Assembly: GCA_038134645.1 (NCBI GenBank)
Contig: JAYPVO010000001.1
Location: forward strand, 1 to 57,896
Origin: Paracoccaceae bacterium
Lineage (GTDB): Bacteria; Pseudomonadota; Alphaproteobacteria; Rhodobacterales; Rhodobacteraceae
Direction of reading: 5' to 3'
Length of the DNA stretch: 57,896 bases
Of this stretch, positions 48,692 to 57,896 are shown piece by piece. The notes below the pieces were generated by a model. The model had not been told where the DNA came from and did no database searches. It saw nothing but the letters and a program-made list of their open reading frames with translations. The position numbers and the translations under genes were made by a program. Within the stretch, counting starts at the first letter, position 1; every line of letters begins with the position of its first letter.

Positions 48692-49008
48692 TGTCTATCC
48701 TCCGTCTTCTTTATCTCGCGCTGGCGATTTGGGGCACCATCAAACCGATGTCCCATTTCCTCGCCTATATGGAGGAGACGGGCACAGGGCTGAGCGGATT
48801 GATTGATGCATGGTATGTGAATCAATCCGCAGTTGGCCTTACGTGGGATCTGACCATTTCTGCCATTGCGCTGACGGTCTGGGTCATTGCCGAAACGGCT
48901 GTCCGTCGCAATTGGTCGGCCTTGATCGCCATTCCAGCGACATTCTGCATTGGGGTGAGCTGCGGTTTGCCGCTCTACCTTTTCCTTCGCACACGGCCCG
49001 CGCGGTAA
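48691..49008 (+). CDS. DUF2834-like membrane protein
   Basis: 3-4 TM; IGVSCGLPLYLFLR motif. Confidence 0.8.
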   Translation: MSILRLLYLALAIWGTIKPMSHFLAYMEETGTGLSGLIDAWYVNQSAVGLTWDLTISAIALTVWVIAETAVRRNWSALIAIPATFCIGVSCGLPLYLFLRTRPAR

Positions 49009-49077
49009 ATTCGCAATAAGGGCTTGGGGTTTTGCGCGGATTTGGTATGACGCCCTGACCCGAGACCGGAGGCTGCA

Positions 49078-50343
49078 ATGGATCATTTCATTTATCGTGA
49101 CGGTGTTTTGCACGCCGAAGACGTTCCCCTGACCGAAATTGCGGCGCAGGTAGGAACTCCGTTTTACGTATATTCTGCGGCAACTCTGCTGCGTCACTTC
49201 CAAGTGTTCGATGAATCGCTTGCTTGGGGTGAGCACCTCGTTTGTTTCGCGATGAAGTCGCTGTCGAACGTCGCTGTCCTGAAAATGCTGGGACAAGCGG
49301 GCGCTGGCATCGACGTTGTGTCCATCGGGGAATACCTCCGCGCCAAAGCTGCGGGAGTGTCGGGCGATAAGATTGTGTTCTCGGGCGTGGCAAAGACGCG
49401 CGAAGAAATGAAGATCGCGCTGGAAGGCGGCATCCGTCAGTTCAACGTCGAATCCGAGCCAGAGATGGAAGTCCTGTCCGAGGTCGCATTGTCATTGGGT
49501 AAGGTTGCGCCGATCACCGTGCGCGTGAACCCAGACGTGGACGCTAAGACCCACGCGAAAATCGCGACGGGTAAGAAAGAAAACAAATTCGGTATTCCGA
49601 TCAGCCGTGCCCGCGAGGTGTATGCGCGTGCCGCTGAGCTTAAAGGCCTCGATATCGTTGGTATCGACGTGCACATCGGTAGTCAGCTGACCGATCTTGA
49701 GCCGTTCCGCCTCGCCTATCGCAAAGTGGCCGAGTTGACCGATGTCTTACGCGAAGATGGTCACAACATCCGCCGCCTCGACCTCGGTGGTGGTTTGGGT
49801 ATTCCTTACACCCGCTCGAACGAGGCACCGCCGCTGCCCGTCGAATTGGGCCAAGTGATCCGCGAAGAAGTTGGGCATCTGGGCTGTGAGGTTGAAATTG
49901 AACCCGGCCGTCTGATCGCAGGCAATGCGGGTCAACTCGTGTCTGAAGTCATCTATGTGAAAGAGGGCGAGGATCGTAAGTTCCTCATCCTTGATGCTGC
50001 GATGAACGATCTCGTTCGTCCGTCGATGTATGACGCCCACCACGATATCGACCCAGTGATTGAGGCTCAGCCAGGTGTTGAGCCAGAAACCTACGACGTT
50101 GTCGGCGGCATCTGTGAGACGGGCGATACCTTTGCCAAAGGGCGGAACCTGCCGCCGCTGAAGGCTGGCGATCTGGTGTCTTTCCGTTCGGCTGGGGCCT
50201 ATGGCGCAGTGATGGCGAGCGAATATAACTCGCGTCCCTTGGTGCCCGAAGTTCTCGTTCAGGGTGATAAATTTGCGGTTATCCGCCGACGTCCCACCTA
50301 TGAAGAAATGATTGCCCGCGATATCGTTCCCGAGTGGCTCTGA
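49078..50343 (+). CDS. lysA: Diaminopimelate decarboxylase
   Basis: FAMK PLP lysine, NKFG, HIGSQ, LGGG, EPGR, CETGD, GAYG. Confidence 0.96.
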   Translation: MDHFIYRDGVLHAEDVPLTEIAAQVGTPFYVYSAATLLRHFQVFDESLAWGEHLVCFAMKSLSNVAVLKMLGQAGAGIDVVSIGEYLRAKAAGVSGDKIVFSGVAKTREEMKIALEGGIRQFNVESEPEMEVLSEVALSLGKVAPITVRVNPDVDAKTHAKIATGKKENKFGIPISRAREVYARAAELKGLDIVGIDVHIGSQLTDLEPFRLAYRKVAELTDVLREDGHNIRRLDLGGGLGIPYTRSNEAPPLPVELGQVIREEVGHLGCEVEIEPGRLIAGNAGQLVSEVIYVKEGEDRKFLILDAAMNDLVRPSMYDAHHDIDPVIEAQPGVEPETYDVVGGICETGDTFAKGRNLPPLKAGDLVSFRSAGAYGAVMASEYNSRPLVPEVLVQGDKFAVIRRRPTYEEMIARDIVPEWL

Positions 50344-50391
50344 GCACGTTAAGGTCAGGGCACGACGCATAGGAGTGAACAGCTGGCCGAC

Positions 50392-52902
50392 GTGACCGAT
50401 AGCTTGCCGCATCTACGGTTCCCAATCCTCGCAACATTTGCGGGGATCGTGGCCGAGCGTTTGGTGCGTGCGTTTTGGCCCGTTTGGACGATCCTGTTCC
50501 TCATGCTCGCCCCACTTTTGTTGGGTATCCACAATGACATACCTTTGGAAATCGTCTGGACCCTCGCGGTTGCGGGGCTGATCGGCATTGCCGTGTTCAC
50601 ATGGCGCGGGTGGCGGCGTTTCCGTTGGCCGCTGCGGGCTGAGGCGCTCGCGCGGGTTGATGCGCGTCTTCCCGGTCGTCCGATTTCTGCGCTTGGCGAT
50701 GCCCAAGCGGTCGGCGCAGGCGATCCCGCATCCGAGGCTATTTGGAGCGCTCACCTCCAGAGGATGCAAGATCGAACCAAGGCCGCGCGCTTTGTTTCAC
50801 CAAACCTGCGGTTGTCCCAAGCCGACCCGTTCGGCCTTCGTTATATTGCGCTGTTGTTCTTGATGGTTGGGCTTCTGTTCGGTTCCGTCACACGTATCGG
50901 AACTGTGGCCCAAGCCTCGCCCGTGGGGTCGGCTACGGTCACCGCTGTCGGGCCAACGTGGGAAGGGTGGATTGAACCGCCAGCCTATACGGGCAAACCA
51001 ACACTTTATCTTCCCGATTTGGATGCCGCTCGGATCGAAGTTCCCGAAGGTTCGCGTTTTACCGTTCGGTTTTACGGTGAAATCGGTGCGCTGACCCTGT
51101 CAGAGACTGTTTCTGGTCGCCGCGCGGATGAGTTGCCTCCTGCCTCTGATCAACACCATGTGTTTGAGGCGTTGCAACAGGGCGATTTAAGGATTGACGG
51201 CTCAGGGGGCGAGGCTTGGGAAGTTGCTCTTGTCACTGATGGGCTGCCTTCGGTTCAGCTCACTGGTGCCGCGATGTCGAATGCCGAAGGCCAAATGACC
51301 CTGCCGTTTCGCGCGACTGACGACTACGGCATCACAAGTGGATCTGCGACTGTGTCGATTGATCTGACCCAGATTGATCGGCGGCATGGATTGTCGATAG
51401 ACCCCGATCCGATTGCGCCTTTGGTTGTTGACCTACCTATTCCTATTTCGGGGGATAGAGCCGAATTCGATGAGGCTTTGATCGAGAATTTCAGTCAATC
51501 TGTCATGGCCAATCTCCCCGTGAAAGTGCGTCTGGAAGTGACAGATGCAAAGGGGCAGATGGGCCAATCGACTGAAACAGAAATGGTTTTGCCAGGGCGT
51601 CGTTTCTTTCAACCCGTCGCTCGCGTGATCATCGAACAGCGTCGGGATCTGCTTTGGTCGGCAGCAAACGCACCCCGTGTCGCACAATTGCTGCGGGCGA
51701 TTTCGAACCGACCAGAAGGCTTCTTTCGAAGCGAGGCACATTTCCCGATGGTGCGCGGTGTCGTTGAAGCGCTCGAAGCGAAATACGAAGGCGGTTTGAC
51801 GGATGAAGAGCGCGATGAGGTTGCGGCTCTCATGTGGGACCTCGCTATTGAGTTCGAGGAAGGTGCTCTGGCCGATGCCCGTGAACGCCTCCAGCGGGCC
51901 CAAGATCGTTTGGCCGAAGCAATGCGTAATGGCGCCAGCCCTGCCGAAATTCAGGAACTGATGGACGAACTTCGCGACGCGACGAACGACTATATGCAGA
52001 TGCTCGCCGATCAGATGGACCCGAACGACAACAATACGGATCAGCCAGATGGGGGCGGTGAAACCATGCAGTTCACGCAGGACGAACTGAACGCCCTGAT
52101 GGACCGTATTCAAGAGCTGATGGAAGAAGGCCGCATGGCTGAAGCTGCCGTTCTGATGGAACAACTGAACCAGCTGATGGAAAACATGCAAATGACCCAA
52201 GGCGAAGGGCAGGGCGGCCCTCGGTCTCCGGGGCAGCAATCCATGGAAGATCTGGGTGAAACTCTGCGCGATCAGCAGGAGTTGTCCGACGAGGCATTCC
52301 GTGATTTGCAAGAGCAGTTCAACGGTGGCCAGCAAGAGACAGAGCAGCGACCTGGTGAAGCGCCGCGTGACGGGGATGGCGCAAACGGTGATCCGGGGCA
52401 GCAGAACTTAGCGGACCGCCAAGAAGCCCTCCGCCAGTTGCTAGAAGACCAGCGTCGCAATTTGCCGAACCTTTCGGGTGACGAAGCCGAGGCAGCCCGT
52501 CGTGCCATCGAGCAAGCGGAGCGGTCTATGGATCGCGCCGAAGAAGCGCTGCGTCGTGGTGATATGGCAGAGGCGATCGACCGTCAGGCAGAGGCAATGG
52601 ATGCCCTTCGCGAAGGTCTTCGCGAATTGGGTCGTGCCATTGCGCAAGCTGAACGCGAAGAAAATGGGCAAGGCCAACAACAGGGTGACCAGACCGCCCA
52701 AGCAACCCCTCGTCAGAGTGACCCATTGGGACGGCAATTGGGAACAGAGGGACAATCGGGGACCGATCAAAACCTCCTGCAAGGAGAAGATATCTATCGC
52801 CGTGCTGGTGAGCTCTTGGACGAAATTCGTCGCCGTGCAGCAGAGCTGGATCGACCAGAGGACGAACGCGACTACCTGCGACGGCTACTAGATCGGTTCT
52901 GA
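50392..52902 (+). CDS. DUF4175 / TIGR02302 family protein
   Basis: 3 N-terminal TM, W..PP.YTG.P, DDYG, long Q/E-rich helical region, DPLGR, E.DYL.RLL end. Confidence 0.85.
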   Translation: MTDSLPHLRFPILATFAGIVAERLVRAFWPVWTILFLMLAPLLLGIHNDIPLEIVWTLAVAGLIGIAVFTWRGWRRFRWPLRAEALARVDARLPGRPISALGDAQAVGAGDPASEAIWSAHLQRMQDRTKAARFVSPNLRLSQADPFGLRYIALLFLMVGLLFGSVTRIGTVAQASPVGSATVTAVGPTWEGWIEPPAYTGKPTLYLPDLDAARIEVPEGSRFTVRFYGEIGALTLSETVSGRRADELPPASDQHHVFEALQQGDLRIDGSGGEAWEVALVTDGLPSVQLTGAAMSNAEGQMTLPFRATDDYGITSGSATVSIDLTQIDRRHGLSIDPDPIAPLVVDLPIPISGDRAEFDEALIENFSQSVMANLPVKVRLEVTDAKGQMGQSTETEMVLPGRRFFQPVARVIIEQRRDLLWSAANAPRVAQLLRAISNRPEGFFRSEAHFPMVRGVVEALEAKYEGGLTDEERDEVAALMWDLAIEFEEGALADARERLQRAQDRLAEAMRNGASPAEIQELMDELRDATNDYMQMLADQMDPNDNNTDQPDGGGETMQFTQDELNALMDRIQELMEEGRMAEAAVLMEQLNQLMENMQMTQGEGQGGPRSPGQQSMEDLGETLRDQQELSDEAFRDLQEQFNGGQQETEQRPGEAPRDGDGANGDPGQQNLADRQEALRQLLEDQRRNLPNLSGDEAEAARRAIEQAERSMDRAEEALRRGDMAEAIDRQAEAMDALREGLRELGRAIAQAEREENGQGQQQGDQTAQATPRQSDPLGRQLGTEGQSGTDQNLLQGEDIYRRAGELLDEIRRRAAELDRPEDERDYLRRLLDRF

Positions 52903-52906
52903 TAGA

Positions 52907-53767
52907 TCAGTCGTTGCCGAGGTTGGCGAGCATAGCCTGAACCGTTTCGTCCAATGCGATCCGCTGCTCGTCGATCCACGTCACATAGGTATCCATGACC
53001 GTTTGCGATTGAGGAACGAGTTCCGCAATGCGATCTGCGAGCACGTAGCCGCCCGCTCCTATAGCCGCGATCAAGAGCACGCTGAGGAAACCAGTTTTAA
53101 ACCCGCTTCTGCGGCGGACGACTTGCGCGGTTTGGGCTACAGCATTGTCAGGGCGTTCCGATGCTGACCGCAAAGTGGAATTGATTTCGTCAATATCAGG
53201 GAGTCGGTCGCTCCGCGGCCCCGCGTCGTTAAACTCGGTCTCGCCTTTGAGTAGCGACATCCGGCGCCGCGCTTCTTCGGCCCGTTTTTCTTCGGGGGTC
53301 GGAGGTTCATCCAAGCCTAAATCAGGTTGGCTCTCCATTGGGTCCTGTTGGGACTCTCGACGCCGTTCCTCTGCGCGGTCGGCCTCCTCTTGAAGTATAC
53401 TCGCGATTTCTGGATCGATTGTGCGACGTGGACGACGCGGCGACAATGTTGGCGGAGGAAGGTCGTCGTCATCGTAGTCTTCGTCATACTCTTCTGCCGC
53501 GCTGAACACAGGTTCGGGTTCAGGGCCAAAATCGGGCTCGGGAATTACAAGATCTTCGTCTTCACTTGTGGCGATCGGTTCTTGATCTGCTTGAGCGACG
53601 GGGATGTTCGTCGTGAATACGGCATCGTCTTCTTCACGATCAGAGTCACCGGGGCGTTCAAACCAAGTTGAGCCACAGTTTGAACACTGCACGTCACGTC
53701 CGGCTTCCGGAATGACGTCATCTGGGACTTCGTATTGGGCGCCGCAATTGGGGCAGATCAGCCGCAT
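52907..53767 (-). CDS. MJ0042-type zinc-ribbon membrane protein (ZitP-like)
   Basis: CPNC..Y...IP..GR.VQCSNC..W, acidic linker, C-proximal TM; divergent from ftsE. Confidence 0.85.
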   Translation of the reverse strand: MRLICPNCGAQYEVPDDVIPEAGRDVQCSNCGSTWFERPGDSDREEDDAVFTTNIPVAQADQEPIATSEDEDLVIPEPDFGPEPEPVFSAAEEYDEDYDDDDLPPPTLSPRRPRRTIDPEIASILQEEADRAEERRRESQQDPMESQPDLGLDEPPTPEEKRAEEARRRMSLLKGETEFNDAGPRSDRLPDIDEINSTLRSASERPDNAVAQTAQVVRRRSGFKTGFLSVLLIAAIGAGGYVLADRIAELVPQSQTVMDTYVTWIDEQRIALDETVQAMLANLGND

Positions 53768-53938
53768 TATACCATCTCCGCCGTCCGGTTTGTCCGAACA
53801 GTAAGTCTTTGTTCGAGTATTAGTAACAATCTGAGAGGAAATGGAAAAGCAAAAGCACGCCCATGGCGGTCAAGTGCGATTGAATTCTGCGAGTGTTTTC
53901 GGCAGAACACAGCGGTGGGGGCGTGAAAGGATCTTTCT

Positions 53939-54613
53939 GTGATCGAATTAGACCGAGTGGCCTATTCCTATGGCGGGGGCGAACTGTTTTCTGATGTTTC
54001 GCTCAACCTCGCGCCGGGGTCGTTCCAATTTTTGACCGGCCCATCGGGTGCGGGCAAAACGACTTTGCTGAAATTATGCTACGGCGAATTGCGGGCGACC
54101 TCTGGGCATGTGCGTTTGTTCGGTCAAAACGCCCGCGATATGGGGCGTGATGAGGTCGCTTTGGCGCGCCGTAAAATCGGCGTCGTGCATCAGGACTGCC
54201 AGTTTTTGGACCACCTTCCCGTGGCGGAAAATATCGCCTTGCCTCTTACGGTCGCTGGTCGTGCCCAAGAGGCAGGCGACTACCTCGAAGATCTATTGCG
54301 CTGGGTTGGCCTCGCGCATCAGGCGGGACAATTGCCTCCAGAATTGTCGGGCGGTGAACGTCAGCGTGCCGCCTTGGCACGGGCTGTGATCATCTCGCCA
54401 GACGTTATCATTGCGGACGAACCGACAGGGAATATCGATTGGGAAATGTCGCAGCGGCTTTTGCGGTTGCTGATCGAGTTGAACAAGATGGGCAAGGCCG
54501 TGTTGATCGCAACCCACGATATGAACCTCATTCGGGCGGCGAAAACGCAGGTGCAATCGCGTGTTCTACGTCTGAACAATCGGCGCCTACAGGCTGCGGG
54601 GGTTGACCTATGA
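53939..54613 (+). CDS. ftsE: Cell division ATP-binding protein
   Basis: GPSGAGKT, LSGGERQR, ADEPTGN; paired with ftsX. Confidence 0.9.
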   Translation: MIELDRVAYSYGGGELFSDVSLNLAPGSFQFLTGPSGAGKTTLLKLCYGELRATSGHVRLFGQNARDMGRDEVALARRKIGVVHQDCQFLDHLPVAENIALPLTVAGRAQEAGDYLEDLLRWVGLAHQAGQLPPELSGGERQRAALARAVIISPDVIIADEPTGNIDWEMSQRLLRLLIELNKMGKAVLIATHDMNLIRAAKTQVQSRVLRLNNRRLQAAGVDL

Positions 54614-55515
54614 TCACCGCATTTGGACGTTTTATCGCTATGTTGGCAGGCGATCCGCTTGCTGATCGTTCTGTTCCGCCGACGGGCTATACCGCGCGCC
54701 TTACCCTGTTCACCTCGGGCGCTATGGCGTTTCTCGCGGTGTTTGCTCTTGCGCTGTCTTTGGCCACGGGTCGTTTGGCCGACCGTTGGTCGGCGGAACT
54801 GGCGCGAACCTCGACCCTGCGTATTTCCGCACCCGCAGATCAATTGGATGCCCAACAGGCAGCTGCGATTAAGGTGTTGGAAACCACACCAGGTATCGCC
54901 TCTGCTCGTCCATTGAGCATGGAGGAACAGCAGGCCCTTTTGGAGCCGTGGTTCGGTCCTGACATTCCGATTGCAAGCCTTCCGATCCCTCGCCTCATCG
55001 AAATCATCGAAGAGGGCGACGGTTATGACCCGACGGGTTTACGTGCGCGCCTTCAGGCTGAAGTGCCAGGTGCGATCTTGGACGATCACACACGCTGGCG
55101 GGAACCTCTGATTGATGCGGCGGGTCGTCTAAGGCTATTGGCAGTTACGGCGATTTTGTTGATTGCAGCGGCGATGGGGGCGATGATCACCTTGGCGGCT
55201 CAAGCGGCATTGTCGGCGAATGCGCAAGTTATTCGTGTGATGCGGTTGGTCGGCGCGAGGGACCATTATATTGCGGGGGCCTTCGTCCGCCGCTTTACCA
55301 TTCGCGCGTTTGTAGGCGCTGCGGCAGGGTCTATCGTTGGCATGCTGGCCGTTCTATTGTTGCCCAGCACTGAAGTCGCGGGTGGTTTCCTCACGGGGCT
55401 CGGTTTCCAAGGCGCAGGGTGGTTTGCACCGCTGTGTATTCCCGTGCTTGCGGCAGTTGTCGCATTTTTTGCAACCCGTGCAGCGGCGCTGCGCACACTA
55501 AGGACCCAGTCATGA
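54610..55515 (+). CDS. ftsX: Cell division permease
   Basis: 4 TM with periplasmic loop; I.VMRLVGA...I...F motif. Confidence 0.88.
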   Translation: MITAFGRFIAMLAGDPLADRSVPPTGYTARLTLFTSGAMAFLAVFALALSLATGRLADRWSAELARTSTLRISAPADQLDAQQAAAIKVLETTPGIASARPLSMEEQQALLEPWFGPDIPIASLPIPRLIEIIEEGDGYDPTGLRARLQAEVPGAILDDHTRWREPLIDAAGRLRLLAVTAILLIAAAMGAMITLAAQAALSANAQVIRVMRLVGARDHYIAGAFVRRFTIRAFVGAAAGSIVGMLAVLLLPSTEVAGGFLTGLGFQGAGWFAPLCIPVLAAVVAFFATRAAALRTLRTQS

Positions 55516-56249
55516 AACATTCGATCCAGTGGGTTCGTTCCGTTATCTACCTCGGCTTGATCTACTTTAACCTCATGGTCGTTGGTATCGTATTCCTGCC
55601 ATGGGCCTTGGTTTCACGCTCTGGTGCGTTCGCGGCGGCCCATACGTGGTGTCGGTCTACGATGTGGCTCGCTGGTTGGATGGTCGGGATCAAGACGGAA
55701 GTGCGTGGGACGCCCCCAACGGGTGAGGTTCTTGTGGCCGCGAAACACCAATCTTTCCTCGATATCATCATGATTTACGCGTCGCTTCCGCGTGGCAAAT
55801 TTATTATGAAAAGGGAATTGATCTACACACCCGTAATCGGGATTTATGGTTTGCGCATGGGCTGCGTTCCGGTTGACCGTGGTAAGCGTGGTGCTGCCAT
55901 CAAAAAGATGGTCGCTCAAGTTGTGGCGGGGATCGGAAACCCTGGTCAGTTGATTATCTTTGCTCAGGGAACACGAGTGCCCCCGACAGAAAAACTGCCG
56001 TATAAAATCGGTGCGGGCATTCTCTACAAAGAACTGAATCAAGACTGCGTTCCTGTGGCGGTGAACGTCGGTGCCTTCTGGCCAGCGCACGGGATTATGC
56101 GGACGCCTGGGACTGCGGTGATCGAGTTTTTGCCGACCATTCCCGCTGGAAAATCACTGAGCGACTTTATGGAAGAGCTTGAAAACGTGGTCGAAACGCG
56201 CTCTGAAGAATTGCTGGTTGAGTCTGGATATTACGACCGTCAAAAATGA
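55512..56249 (+). CDS. plsC: 1-acyl-sn-glycerol-3-phosphate acyltransferase (PlsC family)
   Basis: KHQSFLD (HX4D), IFAQGTR. Confidence 0.88.
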   Translation: MKHSIQWVRSVIYLGLIYFNLMVVGIVFLPWALVSRSGAFAAAHTWCRSTMWLAGWMVGIKTEVRGTPPTGEVLVAAKHQSFLDIIMIYASLPRGKFIMKRELIYTPVIGIYGLRMGCVPVDRGKRGAAIKKMVAQVVAGIGNPGQLIIFAQGTRVPPTEKLPYKIGAGILYKELNQDCVPVAVNVGAFWPAHGIMRTPGTAVIEFLPTIPAGKSLSDFMEELENVVETRSEELLVESGYYDRQK

Positions 56250-56854
56250 TCCGCTTGGTTCAAAACCCTTTGCATCCTGAATCGGCATTCGTCGACGAAG
56301 ATGCGCTGTCGCATGACGACGACCTTGATAGTTTAGAAGTCCCCGAGGGGTATCTTCGGGTGCGGTTGACGCTGCCTTTGGGTTCGGAATTGGCACCCAA
56401 AAATTGGCAGGCCGTGCGTAGGTCGGCGACTTTTGAACTCTCTGCGCGTCACGAACATTGCCCCCATGCGATGCTTGTGAAGCAAACAGAGTGGTCCGCA
56501 TGGTTTGAGGCGCATTGGGACTATTACAGTGAATGTCACTCAGACAATCCACCTGCCCGCCCGATAGACTTGCGCCGTGCTTTTGGTCAGTCGATTGAGG
56601 ATGGAACAGCAGCTTTTATTGGCTCAGGGTTTGCCTCGCTGCGAGGTATGTCGGCAGGGATTAGTGAGGCTGGCTGGATTGGGGGCACCAAAGCGGAGGT
56701 CGAAGAAGGTATTCGCTGGTGCCGCACTCAGGCCAAAGAAATCGGAGCAAAGGCCGTAATTTTTGAGGCTGAGGATACAGATCCATTCTTATGGTCAGCG
56801 CTGCATAAAATGTCTGAACCGACAGAGGTCTTTGAGACTTTCGAACTGTCCTAA
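56246..56854 (+). CDS. Hypothetical protein, possibly degenerate GNAT fold
   Basis: ATGA overlap with plsC; ends just before a hairpin; no clear family motif. Confidence 0.6.
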   Translation: MIRLVQNPLHPESAFVDEDALSHDDDLDSLEVPEGYLRVRLTLPLGSELAPKNWQAVRRSATFELSARHEHCPHAMLVKQTEWSAWFEAHWDYYSECHSDNPPARPIDLRRAFGQSIEDGTAAFIGSGFASLRGMSAGISEAGWIGGTKAEVEEGIRWCRTQAKEIGAKAVIFEAEDTDPFLWSALHKMSEPTEVFETFELS

Positions 56855-56857
56855 ATG

Positions 56858-56892
56858 AAAAAGGCAGCTCGGTGTCCCGCGCTGCCTCTTAA
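56858..56892. terminator. Likely bidirectional terminator between convergent genes
   Basis: AAAAAGGCAGCTCGG-TGTC-CCGCGCTGCCTCTT. Confidence 0.7.
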
Positions 56893-56913
56893 ATGGTTAT
56901 GCCGTTTCTCTGA

Positions 56914-57876
<963 letters not shown>

Positions 57877-57896
57877 CTCTTGCCTCTCGGGACGTT

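Noticed and set aside
51870-52790. Q/E/M-rich repetitive region in the DUF4175 gene
   Set aside because: Normal low-complexity coiled-coil protein sequence, not a DNA repeat array.

Overview
A gene-dense, roughly 55-57% GC (estimated by eye) core-chromosome segment of an alphaproteobacterium. Gene content and order (uvrC-pgsA-moaDE, phaAB, ispE-TPR-ETF-QO-greA, ubiA/rsmE, gshA, plsY-pyrC'-pyrB, argH-lysA-DUF4175, ftsEX, accA) point to Rhodobacterales/Roseobacter group. About 63 CDSs, three of them small and missed by the ORF track because they are under 60 aa in addition to a ctaH-like gene. No rRNA, tRNA, CRISPR, integrase or transposase seen. The most interesting signal is non-coding: the AT-rich gap before uvrC (6206-6501) holds a DnaA-box triad (box-3bp-perfect box-5bp-inverted box), two IHF-like sites and a Fis-consensus palindrome, an architecture resembling the E. 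coli DARS DnaA-reactivating elements (or an origin/datA-like site). Other points: a recurring PhaR-type 13-mer, two divergent gene pairs with near-identical 12-bp spacers, a pseudo-enzyme PyrC', a family-4 UDG with altered active-site motifs, an apparently inserted AUR1-like PAP2 gene, a truncated ZitP-like protein and several unannotated small proteins. All functional calls come from motif recognition by eye; no searches were run.
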